Of a stretch of DNA of 63,648 nt, positions 11,848 to 23,272 are shown in pieces. The notes beneath the pieces are model-generated. The model did no database searches, was not told the DNA's origin, and worked only from the letters and a program-made list of their open reading frames with translations. Position 1 is the first letter of the stretch; every line of letters begins with the position of its first letter. This DNA comes from Ascoidea asiatica JCM 7603 (Eukaryota > Fungi > Ascomycota): positions 720,282-783,929 of the forward strand of contig BCKQ01000004.1 of assembly GCA_001600695.1 (NCBI GenBank), written 5' to 3'. The position numbers and the translations under genes were made by a program.

Positions 11848-13542
11848 TTAAAATATAAAAGGAACTTCAATGTTTTCATCGTCATTGTCATTATCATTTT
11901 CATTATCATTATTCCTATCATTGGAGTCACCTTTGGAATTGTTTTGATTATTCTGTTCTTTAAAAATTGAAAAGTTGCTAAGAATATCATTTATACCTCT
12001 TTTAGTTTTAATTATTTTATTAGGTTCAATATTTGAATTGTTTTGATCATTGGAACCATTTGAATTGGAATTGGAATTGGAATTTGAGTTAAAAAGCGTG
12101 CTCTTCCTTTTACCTCTTTTTTTCTTTTTATTTTTGGGATTTATTGTAGCTAAATCATCTGCATTCATTATAATTTCTTTTAAATTTTTTTGATTTAATT
12201 CAGAATTCTCATCATCATCAATTGATTCAATTAAAACAAACTCGATAACTGTACCTGAGTAATATCTTGGTTGATTTTTTTCTGGTAATGGATAAGTTTG
12301 AGGAATTTCTTCAGTTGTTTCATTGTTATTTTGCCTTCTTGATTTTTCTAATTTTTCTAATTTTCTAAGTTTTTTTTCTCTTCTAGTTTTATCTTCTTCA
12401 TTCAAAGATTTTGAATTTATTCTATGATCTTCAATATTATAAATACTCAGTAAATGAATTGATAAAATATTATTATTATCTTTTTGTAATCTTATTCTTG
12501 AACTAATTTTAACAGCTCTAGTAATTTTATTAAAAATTTCAAATTTATAAACTCCAATAATTTCTTCATTTGTCACTTTTTCGAATTCCTTACTAACTTT
12601 ATTATATTTTTGTAATATAAGTTCTTCTAAAATATATTTATCTGCAGGTAAAATCATTCTTGAATATCCTAATTCACCTCTTGATATAAAAATTAATTCA
12701 TTTTCAATTTTATTTTCAATTTGAAGAGTATTATTTTTTGTTTTTGTAAAATATTTCTGTTTTTGCTTTTTTTCAAATGATGACGCATATAAATATAAAT
12801 CTTCTGTATTTATATCTTTTAAATCTTTTAAAACATCAAACATTATATCTGCTTTTAATTTTGCATCCATTATTACTTCATTATAATCTAAACTTAATCC
12901 ATATGGATCAATATCTTGAGAATCAAAATCAACAAATGTTGAAAATTCACAAATCTCACTCATTTTACTATCATTGAATTCAACAATAAATGGGAACCCA
13001 TCACCCTCATAACTTATTGTACAATAAATTGTTTCTGGATCATCTTTTTTATTTAATGATGATGCAACATTAAATGATTCTGTTATTGTTTTAAAATCAA
13101 CTGAAATTTTAACAAAATTATTCTCCAATTTTTCATCAGACTCATCATCAATAGTTTTATCGTTTTTATTCTTTTTCTTCAAATTACGATTTTCATTAAT
13201 GGTAGCATCAATTCCATCATAAAGATCTGAGTTTAATTCAGAATGATATTCTAAATATTCGGATTCAACATTTGACTCAGTTGAAAAATCATTAATTGGG
13301 GGATTGAATATATATTGATCAAATAATTCAATATCAAAATTTATTGATGCCTTAATTACATGACTATTTTCTGTTGTGAATGTTAATCCACTATCTGAAA
13401 CTATTATAATTCCTTGGGTTCCAAATGATAGTATAGATGAAAGTACAACTGCTATATGTGATACTTCCGAGGTTTTTGCTTTGAAAACAAACTTATCATC
13501 ATTTCCTCTTTTTGATTGATGTCTTCCTGCTGTAATTACCAT
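11848..13542 (-). CDS. RAD17: 9-1-1 checkpoint clamp subunit Rad17 (Rad1/Rec1 family)
   Basis: FKAKTSEVSHIAVVLSSILSFG, ISYEGDGFPFIVEF, SEICEFSTF. The track start at 13578 is GTG; the first ATG is 13542. Confidence 0.85.
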   Translation of the reverse strand: MVITAGRHQSKRGNDDKFVFKAKTSEVSHIAVVLSSILSFGTQGIIIVSDSGLTFTTENSHVIKASINFDIELFDQYIFNPPINDFSTESNVESEYLEYHSELNSDLYDGIDATINENRNLKKKNKNDKTIDDESDEKLENNFVKISVDFKTITESFNVASSLNKKDDPETIYCTISYEGDGFPFIVEFNDSKMSEICEFSTFVDFDSQDIDPYGLSLDYNEVIMDAKLKADIMFDVLKDLKDINTEDLYLYASSFEKKQKQKYFTKTKNNTLQIENKIENELIFISRGELGYSRMILPADKYILEELILQKYNKVSKEFEKVTNEEIIGVYKFEIFNKITRAVKISSRIRLQKDNNNILSIHLLSIYNIEDHRINSKSLNEEDKTRREKKLRKLEKLEKSRRQNNNETTEEIPQTYPLPEKNQPRYYSGTVIEFVLIESIDDDENSELNQKNLKEIIMNADDLATINPKNKKKKRGKRKSTLFNSNSNSNSNSNGSNDQNNSNIEPNKIIKTKRGINDILSNFSIFKEQNNQNNSKGDSNDRNNDNENDNDNDDENIEVPFIF

Positions 13543-13880
13543 TGTACTAATACTTTTGAATACTTCACCCTCTTTCACATTTTACTTGGCTTGATGATTG
13601 ATTAAACATTTCAGAGAAGAAAGGAACATAATAAAAAAGGTTTCCGATTATATCGTATGAAATTACTCTGAAAGCGGTAACTGAAAAGTTAACGTTTTTC
13701 CATAGCATTTTCAATCACCAAGTTATTATTGTAAACAAACTACTCTTTCTCAAATCATCAACAAGTTTTAAAGATATCAATTTCTAAGATTTTCTTGTCG
13801 TAATGATAAATAAATTAAATAGATGTGATCATTGTTCATTAGCTTGAAATCAAAATAACTCAAAAGATAGACAGACAATT

Positions 13881-15197
13881 ATGTCACAACAACAAACTTC
13901 TTCAACTTTTTTTGGAAAAAATCAATCAATGAATTCTTCATCATCAAGTGGTCGTCAAGTTTCTTCTGCATTTCAAGCACCTTCAAAACAATATCCTATA
14001 ATAATAATACAATTAGGAAGTCGATTGATAAGAGCAGGGTTTTCGGGAGATTCTTCTCCAGCTGTAACTGCATTCACAAATGATAATAAATGGAAATTCA
14101 AAACATCTAAGATTCCAAATAATAAAAATAAATTCAATAATATTCCAATAAATTTAAATCATTCTATTTCAAAAAATGATTTAGAAAGTATCAAACATAA
14201 TGAATTTGATGAAAAAGTTTCTGATTATTATTACAATGATTTAATAACAATGCAATATTTATTCAATTATGATAAAATACCTTTATTCCCATTAGATTTT
14301 TCAAAAAATCTCAAACAAGATTCACAAATGAGAATTTTATTAGAAAAAATGTTAACTAAGATTTATAAACAAGATCTTTTAGTTGATTCATCGAACTGTA
14401 AAATTATAATTCCAGAACCTCCTTTTTTCCCTATGCATTTAAAAAGAGTTATCACAAATGTTTTATTAAATTCATTATTTTCTAAATCTGTTTTTTTTGT
14501 TTCAGAACCAGCATTATCATGTTTTAGTGCAGGATGTGAAAGTGGTTTAGTAATTGATTTAGGTTGGGAATATATTACAATTACTCCAATTTATGATATG
14601 AAACTATTAAGTAAATCAACAAGAACAAGTATAAGGTCTGGAAAATTTTTACATTATTATATTTTAAAAAAATTATTACAATTGAATAATTCAATAGATG
14701 AATCCTTAAATAAATCTTTAGATAAATATTTCAAAAATACAAAAGAAATATTTAATTTAATTGAAGAATTTATATTTCAAGCAATTTATTGTCGTCATAT
14801 AAATAACACTACAATTTTATCAGAAGATAATTTTAAATTAATTTCGAAAATCAATACTGATGATATTTTAATTGTTCCAGATAAATGGAGATATGAATTC
14901 ATAGAAGAAGTTTTATTTCCAAAATTTGAAGATTCAGATTATCCAGATGATAATGAAATTCCTTTAATAGATTTAATACTTCAAGTTCTAAAAGATCTTG
15001 AAATTGATACAAAGGCGGAAATATGTGATAATCTTATTTTTACAGGTGGATTATCTGAAATTCCTGGTGTTAAAACAAGAACTTTACAGGAATTAAGAAA
15101 CAAAATGAATTCCAATTTGAAATTTTCTGCAAATATTACTTTAGGTCCTTGGGTTGGAGCAAGTTTGTATTCAGCAAGTGTTTTATACTCAAGTTGA
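13881..15197 (+). CDS. ARP10: Divergent actin-related protein, probably dynactin Arp10
   Basis: Actin-fold motifs IIIQLGSRLIRAGFSGD, GLVIDLGWEYITITPIYD, NLIFTGGLSEIPG, PWVGASLYS. Confidence 0.65.
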   Translation: MSQQQTSSTFFGKNQSMNSSSSSGRQVSSAFQAPSKQYPIIIIQLGSRLIRAGFSGDSSPAVTAFTNDNKWKFKTSKIPNNKNKFNNIPINLNHSISKNDLESIKHNEFDEKVSDYYYNDLITMQYLFNYDKIPLFPLDFSKNLKQDSQMRILLEKMLTKIYKQDLLVDSSNCKIIIPEPPFFPMHLKRVITNVLLNSLFSKSVFFVSEPALSCFSAGCESGLVIDLGWEYITITPIYDMKLLSKSTRTSIRSGKFLHYYILKKLLQLNNSIDESLNKSLDKYFKNTKEIFNLIEEFIFQAIYCRHINNTTILSEDNFKLISKINTDDILIVPDKWRYEFIEEVLFPKFEDSDYPDDNEIPLIDLILQVLKDLEIDTKAEICDNLIFTGGLSEIPGVKTRTLQELRNKMNSNLKFSANITLGPWVGASLYSASVLYSS

Positions 15198-15446
15198 TAA
15201 TAAAGATTTTCAGATTTTTTATAAATTTATATATTTTCATAAAATAGTTCAAGAAAACAGGAAAAACAGAAAAAAAGAAAGATAAGTTGTAAAAAAATAT
15301 AAATCAAAATTAACATAAATAAAATAAATAAATAGAGATCGTAAAATCTTTAAAAAGATAAAAGTTTAAAGGATCAAAAAAAGAAAAAGTTTTTAGTTTG
15401 AAGATAATCAAAAGAAGAAATTTATAGTAATTAAGTAACTAAATAG

Positions 15447-17051
15447 TTAAACGATTACAGATTCTCTTAAAAAATTATCAAGTGGAGTCATTTCAAAACT
15501 ATTATTATTAATATTTCCCATATTTGAATCATTATCATCATCATCATCATCATTATTTTGGTCATCATCATTATCAAAACTGTCATCATAACTTGCATTT
15601 TTATGAATGAATTGAGACCAAGGATATTTATTAATATAATCATCAGTTTTATTATAATTTCCAAATAATTTATTAAAACATTTTGACCACCAATTATTTT
15701 TAGATTGTTGATTATTTGATTTTAAAAATTTTTGAGTACGATCATCAGATAAACCTAATTCATAATCAAGAATAGCTAAAATAGTTTTTTCATCATTTGT
15801 AAGAGAATTATATTCATCTTCAAATAATCTTAAAGGAGCAGCTTTTCTATTAATTGTACCTAATAATGGAGTTAAATCTAAAGGTTGATTATTTTTTAAT
15901 AATGGTTTACCATGAGGTTTAAAATCTACTTTAACAGATAAATCATTTGAATATAATATTGGAATTTCATTTAAATTTTGATATATATTTTTTTTATTTG
16001 AAGAACTTGGACTAAATTCATGATTCCATAATAATTGATCTTTTTGATCAATTTTAAAATTATTATTCTTATATTCATTAACAAAATCTTCATTAAAATC
16101 AATATCATTATCAATATCATTATCAATATCATTATCAATATCATTATCAATGTCATTATCAATGTCATTATCAATATTATTAACATTGATGTGATTAATA
16201 TCCTTATTATCTTGATCTATTTCTTGTATATAATCATCATCATTATCGGTATCAGATTCTGGATCAGTTAAAACAAACATATCTTTACTAATGCTTTTAT
16301 CATTATTATTAAATTGGGATTCAATAGTTATATTATTATTTATATTTTTATTATTTATAATTTGTTTTGATTTTGAATTTGTAAGTGAGAATATACTTTG
16401 ATTATAAGGAAGAAGAGAAAAGTTTGAGTTTGATTTTAAATTAATGTTTGCATTTGCATTTGTAATTGTATTTAAATTTGAATTTGAATTTGAATTTTGA
16501 TCAAGTTTTGAAAAAATTGGACGTGAATAAGAAACATTTGAGATTGTAGAATTATTTGTATTATTATGATTATGAATAAGATTATGATTATGATTAAGGT
16601 TATTATTGAAAATGGAAGTAGAAGTACTATTTATTAAATTTTTTGAATTTTTTTTTCTTAAATCTTGAGATATATTGAAGAAATTATTATTAGTAGTAGT
16701 ACTAGTAGTATTAATTCTTTCAGATAAGATTGAATCATTTTTTGAAATTTGATTAAATTGATTAGATTGAATCGAGTGATTTGGAGAATTATCAATTTTT
16801 GAATTTGAGGTAATAAATGAGCCTGGAGTTTCAAATTTAGTTTTCAAAGATAAATAGCTTTTATTATTTTTTAATGATGAATTATTATTAACATTATTGT
16901 TAATACTATTTCTATTAATATCATTACCAATATTTTCTGTATTATAATTATCTAAGATATTTTCATTCGCAGTAAATATTGAAGAATTTTTTTGATTTAA
17001 ATTTTGATTATAATTATATCCACCAGTTTTGGATAAATAAGGAGTAGACAT
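15447..17051 (-). CDS. Hypothetical Asn/Asp-rich protein, 534 aa
   Basis: Long ATG ORF, mostly low complexity, with a short complex C-terminal segment. No family recognised. Confidence 0.7.
   Translation of the reverse strand: MSTPYLSKTGGYNYNQNLNQKNSSIFTANENILDNYNTENIGNDINRNSINNNVNNNSSLKNNKSYLSLKTKFETPGSFITSNSKIDNSPNHSIQSNQFNQISKNDSILSERINTTSTTTNNNFFNISQDLRKKNSKNLINSTSTSIFNNNLNHNHNLIHNHNNTNNSTISNVSYSRPIFSKLDQNSNSNSNLNTITNANANINLKSNSNFSLLPYNQSIFSLTNSKSKQIINNKNINNNITIESQFNNNDKSISKDMFVLTDPESDTDNDDDYIQEIDQDNKDINHINVNNIDNDIDNDIDNDIDNDIDNDIDNDIDFNEDFVNEYKNNNFKIDQKDQLLWNHEFSPSSSNKKNIYQNLNEIPILYSNDLSVKVDFKPHGKPLLKNNQPLDLTPLLGTINRKAAPLRLFEDEYNSLTNDEKTILAILDYELGLSDDRTQKFLKSNNQQSKNNWWSKCFNKLFGNYNKTDDYINKYPWSQFIHKNASYDDSFDNDDDQNNDDDDDDNDSNMGNINNNSFEMTPLDNFLRESVIV
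16101..16175. repeat. 12-bp coding minisatellite (AATATCATTATC/AATGTCATTATC) about 6 copies, encoding (DIDN)n
   Basis: Tandem units read directly from the sequence. Confidence 0.85.
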
Positions 17052-17888
17052 GATTGAATTAACTTAATTGATTGAAATATTTGATATAAATAGAGAGAAT
17101 GTAAATTTTCAATTAAAAATTATCACTTAATTTAAAAAATAATAAAGTATTTGAAAATTAATGATTAATAATTGATTAATCATTGTTTTTATAAAATTTA
17201 AGACTGAAAAAAGGATCATTTTTATTAAAAGTTACAATCCAAATTAAAGCCAGTAGTTAATTGTTTTCATTGTAATCTGATTCGTGTTTGAATGATTGTT
17301 CTTGTCTTATTATCAGAATAAAGACTGTTTGCTGTGTTTATGTTTTTGTGTAATTGAAAAGATTTTGTTTTTTTCGCTTGTTTACAGTGTGAAATCAGAA
17401 ATATCTTGATAATAAAAAGAATTACTAACCAAAAGAGAAATCTTTGTGATTAGTTTCTAGTGATTTTTGATTTGGTAATGTATTATTTGAAGTAGTAATT
17501 ATGGAATCAGTGTAAAAAATAAATTTATTATATTTGATTTATTTCCATTTTTATTTCCATGTTTATTTTCGTTTATTTATTTCATTTCTATTTTCTAGTC
17601 CCGATATCCGTAACTACCGAAAATGAAACCAGATATTTGGTTCTCCTTTGCTTGCCTTTGCAATCAAAAGTACGCTGAGAATGCTTAAAGCAAAAGAAGC
17701 GAGTGAAGTGAAATCAATTGGAATTGGAATATAATAATAATGGACTTTAAGATTATCAAATTTAATTCAATACAATTTATTTCTATATATTTCAATTCAT
17801 TCAGATTATATTCAATTGCAATAAAGAATATTCAATTTATTAATATTTGATCGAGTGACTAATACATATCTGTAAATAGTGAGTTACA

Positions 17889-20440
17889 ATGCTGTAAGTA
17901 TTTTTACTACATTCTTCTTATGATATTTAAAGAATTAATATTTATTTACTAACTTATATTTTTTCACTTATTTAAGTTTTTATATTGATGAATTACCTGT
18001 TTATTTTCCATATCCTAAAATATATCCAGAACAATATGCTTATATGAGGGATATTAAAAAAACTTTAGATGTTGGAGGAAATTGTATATTAGAAATGCCT
18101 TCTGGTACTGGTAAAACAATATCTTTATTATCATTAACTGTTGCATATCAAATTTTTCATAAAGAACATAGAAGAATAATTTATTGTTCACGTACAATGT
18201 CTGAAATTGAAAAAGCTTTAGTTGAATTATATAATTTAATGAATTATAGATCAAAACAATTAGGTTATGTTGAAAATTTTAGAGGTTTAGGTTTATCAAG
18301 TAGAAAAAATTTATGTTTACATCCAACAATTAAAAATGAAAGAAAAGGTACAATAGTTGATGAAAAATGTAGAAGATTAACAAATGGTGAAAATAAATTA
18401 AAATTAAAAAATGGTGAAAAAAATATAAATTTATGTTCATATCATGAAAAACTTTATGATTTAGATCCAGAAAATTTAATACCACCTGGAGTTTATTCTT
18501 TTGATTCTTTATTAAATTATTGTCAAGAAATTGGTACTTGTCCATATTTTACAGTTAGAAGAATGTTACCATTTTGTAATATAATAATTTATTCATATCA
18601 TTATTTATTAGATCCAAAAATTTCTGAAAGAGTTTCAAAAGAATTATCAAAAGATAGTATAGTAATTTTTGATGAAGCTCATAATATTGATAATGTTTGT
18701 ATAGAAAGTTTATCATTAGATATTACTAATGATACTTTAAAAAAAGCTACAAGAGGTTCAAATAGTTTAAATAAAGCTGTAATTGATTTAAAAAAAAATG
18801 ATTCTCAAAAATTACAAGATGAATATGAACAACTTGTAAATGGTTTAAGACTTGAAAATTTATCAACTTCAACAACTTCAGCAACTTCAACAAATACAGA
18901 AAATGAACCATTTGTTGAAAATCCAGTTTTACCAAATGATATTATAACAGAATCAATTCCTGGTAATATAAGAAGAGCAGAACATTTTATTTCATTTTTA
19001 AAAAGATTTATAGAATATTTAAAAACAAGAATGAAAGTTTTATTTGTTGTTTCTGAAACTCCTTCAACATTTTTAACACATCTTAAAGAATTTACATTTA
19101 TTGATAAAAAACCATTAAAATTTTGTTCAGAAAGATTATCATTATTAGTTAAAACTTTAAATAATACTGAAATTGAAGATTTTACAGCTTTAAAAGATAT
19201 TGCAACATTTGCAACATTAGTTTCAACATATGAAAATGGATTTCAATTAATTTTAGAACCTTTTGAAACAGATGAAGCAAAAGTACCAAATCCAATATTA
19301 AGATTTGCATGTCTTGATGCATCAATTGCAATAAAACCAATATTTGAAAAATTTTCTTCAATAATTATAACTTCAGGTACAATATCACCATTAGATATGT
19401 ATCCAAGAATGCTTAAATTTGAAACAATTTTACAAAAATCATATTCAATGACATTAACAAGAAAAACATTTTTACCAATGATTATTACCAAAGGTTCAGA
19501 TCAAGTTGCAATATCATCAAGATTTGAAATTAGAAATGATTTAAGTGTTGTAAGAAATTATGGTACATTATTAATTGAATTTTCTAAAATTACACCAGAT
19601 GGATTAGTTGTTTTTTTTCCATCATATTTATATATGGAAAGTATAATTTCAATGTGGCAAACAATGGGAATTTTAGATGAAGTTTGGAAATATAAATTAA
19701 TTTTAGTTGAAACACCAGATGCTCAAGAAACTTCATTAGCTTTAGAAACTTATAGAATTGCATGTTCAAATGGTAGAGGAGCAATATTATTATCAGTTGC
19801 TCGTGGTAAAGTTTCAGAAGGTATTGATTTTGATCATCATTATGGTAGAACAGTAATTTTAATTGGTATACCATTTCAATATACAGAATCTAGAATTTTA
19901 AAAGCAAGATTAGAATTTTTAAGAGATAATTTTCAAATTAAAGAAAATGATTTTTTATCATTTGATGCAATGAGACATGGATCACAATGTTTAGGTAGAG
20001 TTTTAAGAGGTAAAGATGATTATGGATTAATGATTTTAGCAGATAGAAGATTTTTACGTAAAAAAAATCAATTACCAAAATGGATTGGACAAAGATTATT
20101 AGAATCTGAAATAAATTTATCAATTGATATTGGAATTTCTCATGCCAAAAAATTTTTTAGAGAACAAGCACAACCTATGGATTCTAAAGATCAAGAAGGT
20201 ATTTCAGTTTGGAATTATGAACAATTAATTGAATTTCAAAAATCAGAAGAAGGATTTGATCAAAGTAATCGACTTGATTCAAATAAATCAAATGGAAATC
20301 AAAGTGATAATCAGAATGTAAATGTAAATGTAAATGTAAATGTAAATGAAAATGATGATATGGATGTGAATATGGATATAGATATGGAAGAAGATGGTGG
20401 ACTTACAATTGAAGAACAAATGGCATTAGAGAATTTGTAA
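17889..20440 (+). CDS. RAD3: TFIIH/NER 5'-3' helicase Rad3/XPD. Exons 17889-17893 and 17977-20440; intron 17894-17976
   Basis: EMPSGTGKT, DEAH, Fe-S cysteines, QCLGRVLRGKDDYG. The GTAAGT...TACTAAC...AAG intron restores MLFYIDELPVYFPYPKIYPEQYAYM. Confidence 0.97.
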
Positions 20441-20587
20441 TTATACAGTGATTAAAGTAATTAAAGTAATTAATGTAACTAATGTAATTTTAATGTAGTT
20501 TGATGTTAATTATAGTATTAATAGTAATATAATAATATATTTAGATAGTAGTATAATAAAATAATAAGATAATAGATAATAGATAAA

Positions 20588-21289
20588 TTAACGATTTGAT
20601 TTTGCTACACGTTCAACTTCATCTTTCTTTTTAATTGCATAAGAAGTTGAAGAACCTTTTGCAGCATTAATTAATTCTTCTGCTAAACATTCAGCAATTG
20701 TTTTAATATTTCTAAAAGAAGCTTCTCTTGCACCAATTGTAATTAAAGCAATAGCTTGATTAACTCTTCTTAATGGAGAAACATCAACAGCAGTTCTTCT
20801 AACATTACCAGCACTACCAGTTCTTGTTGAATCTTCTCTTGGACCAGTATTAACAATAGCATCAACTAAAACTTGTAATGGATTTAAATCAGTTAAAACA
20901 TTAATAATTTCTAAAGAATGTTTAACAATTCTAACAGCTTTTAATTTTTTACCATTATTTCTACCATTCATCATTAAAGAATTTGTTAATCTTTCAACAA
21001 TTGGACAATTTGATTTTCTAAATCTTTTTGAAGCATAACGTCCAGCAGTATGAGCAATATAAACAGGAGATCTTATTTGAATATAATCAGTTAAAGAAAT
21101 ATCTTTAATAGTAACATCATCATAAGACCATTTATTAAATAAACGAATTTGATTTTGAGCAGATTGAATATCATTTGGGATTTTTGTTGCTAATTCAACA
21201 AATTTAATTTCTTCAACAACATCAAAATCTTCTTGAATTTCTTCAACTTCTTCAACTGGAACTTCAGTTTGTGATTCAACGTCAGACAT
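20588..21289 (-). CDS. RPS5: 40S ribosomal protein S5 (uS7)
   Basis: [32 protein letters not shown]-terminal ERVAKSNR. Confidence 0.99.
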   Translation of the reverse strand: MSDVESQTEVPVEEVEEIQEDFDVVEEIKFVELATKIPNDIQSAQNQIRLFNKWSYDDVTIKDISLTDYIQIRSPVYIAHTAGRYASKRFRKSNCPIVERLTNSLMMNGRNNGKKLKAVRIVKHSLEIINVLTDLNPLQVLVDAIVNTGPREDSTRTGSAGNVRRTAVDVSPLRRVNQAIALITIGAREASFRNIKTIAECLAEELINAAKGSSTSYAIKKKDEVERVAKSNR

Positions 21290-21456
21290 TTTGATATATT
21301 ATATTATATTATATTTTATCTTATGATATCCCTTTATCTTTTATCTTTTATCTTTAAACTGATAATTATTAATAAGTCTTAGTATCTAAGATATAATAAT
21401 TTTTTCAATGATCTTTTTAAGAAAAGTAAAATTGAAAAATTGATAATAGGTTGATA

Positions 21457-21500
21457 GTAAGTAGTAAGTAGTAAGTGGTAAGTGGTAAGTGGTAAGTAGT
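21457..21500. repeat. 7-bp tandem repeat (GTAAGTA/GTAAGTG) about 6 copies in RPS5 upstream region
   Basis: Read directly from the sequence. Confidence 0.8.
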
Positions 21501-21690
21501 TTGGATAGTATGTAAGTAATATATTAACTTAATAAAATTTCACACCCATGGTAAAGATCGTTTCCGGTGGTTAAGCTAGAGTGGGAGAGTAAAGAGAGAC
21601 AATACGAAGAGTGGTGTTGGTAGTAGTAGTAGTAGTGGTAGTAGTAGTGGTAGTGCACTGCTCAGGGAAAGAAGCCAAACTGGAAAAAAG

Positions 21691-21740
21691 AGAAGCAGCG
21701 CAGAAACAGCGCAGAAACAGTGCAAAACAAGCGCAGAATC
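21691..21740. repeat. 11-bp degenerate tandem repeat (AGAAACAGCGC) about 4 copies in RPS5 promoter
   Basis: agaagcagcgc-agaaacagcgc-agaaacagtgc-aaaacaagcgc-agaatc. Confidence 0.75.
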
Positions 21741-21935
21741 AGGAAAGAAAGTATCCGTGCATGGAAATATAGTGAGCAGACTGCAATGGGAAAACCTTGC
21801 TGCGGATATAGATGCTAGCTCTTTTATAAGACGGAGTGGTGAAATATTTCAAACACATGATTATTGAGCAAGTCATGGTATTGTTCCAATTTGGATTTTA
21901 AGGAATATTATTATTTTTTAGCACATGTTTATAGG

Positions 21936-21956
21936 TAGGGCTTTGCTATAGCCCTA
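21936..21956. promoter_or_regulatory. Tbf1/IFHL-like interrupted palindrome TAGGGCT-N7-AGCCCTA upstream of RPS5
   Basis: Resembles the Candida ribosomal-protein promoter element TAGGGCTATAGCCCTA. Confidence 0.6.
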
Positions 21957-23272
21957 GTGAGATAATAAAATTATTTGAATAACAATATACTACAGTACAA
22001 TAATTATTATTGTTAACGATAGAATTACTGATCTCGATAAATAAGGTATTTGGTCAATAAAATCAACAGAAGTTCAAGTAAAGATGGAAATAATACTAAT
22101 TGAATTCAAAAATGTAGAAAATATTGAATATAATAAATAAATAGCTAAGATTGAAGTATTCTAAGTTTATTAGTAACTAAAAATATAATTAATAATGAAA
22201 AATTGTAGTATTTTAGTAATTTAGTAAATATTTAAAATGGGATTTTTAAGTAAGTAAATTAAGGATAATTGATTGATTAATTGCTTAATTGAAAGAGGCA
22301 ACCATTTGAATAAATGAATAAATTAATGCAAATAACTAACTTGAAATATTAAAAGCATGAATATCATAATCTGGAGAAGATGGAAGTGATTATGATTATT
22401 CTTTAAATTGGTGATTTCAATGATAGTCATTTTATTCATTAATATTCATTTAAGATAAGTAATATAAGTAATAAGTAATATAAGTAAGAGAGAGTGATTT
22501 ATCCGAGAGCGGAGTACCGTTGCAGTGGTTCCTACCTGCTCTGATTTTAACCTGGGTGTGGTATTCCCGATTGGGCTGCAAACCGCGTGGATGCCCAGAC
22601 TGCCAACACCACCGAGATTGTAATAACAGCAGCAGCAGCAGCTGATGTTCTCTCTTCTCTCTCTTCTCTTCTGTACTACTATCACTGCTTTATTACTATT
22701 TCTGTTACTGTCCTTGTAAGGGCCTGCACTGCTGACTGCCCTCGTTCATCCCCCTCCCTGGACACACCTTCCGGACTGGGACCACCACTACTCACTCTTC
22801 ACACTCTTCACACTCTCCACACATACTAAATCCAATAACTACCACTACTCCCCTGGCTAAAACAGAACCGTGTCCGTGTTTCTGGAGCAAAAAGGATCGG
22901 ATATGCTCCATTGCCAGCCTATGTGAGTCTGGGTGAATAAAAAACCCGATAGATTACATACTATTTACAAGCATTGATTATCCTTAATTTAATTAATTAA
23001 CACTATCTGAACTATTAAATATATTAATTATCAATTATCTTCATTGAATTAATATATCAAAATATATTAAAATATTAAAATATTGAATATTGAATATTGA
23101 ATATTAATATTACAAATCAATTGATTTTAATATTATTTATTATATATTTGTATATTTACTATATTTATGATAATATTTAATCATTACCTTTATCAATTTA
23201 TAATTACAAAATCATAGACATACATACATTAATAATTACATAGAATCATAGAATCATAGAAACAGATTGAAA

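Noticed and set aside
21457-21500. GTAAGTG repeat as an interstitial telomere or splice-donor array
   Set aside because: Only about 6 units, antisense to RPS5, and the species' telomere repeat is unknown; treated as a simple repeat.
22446-22829. Short ORFs upstream of PDA1 (likewise 38857-39317 upstream of ERG12)
   Set aside because: Translations of promoter microsatellites (CAG, ACT, CT repeats).
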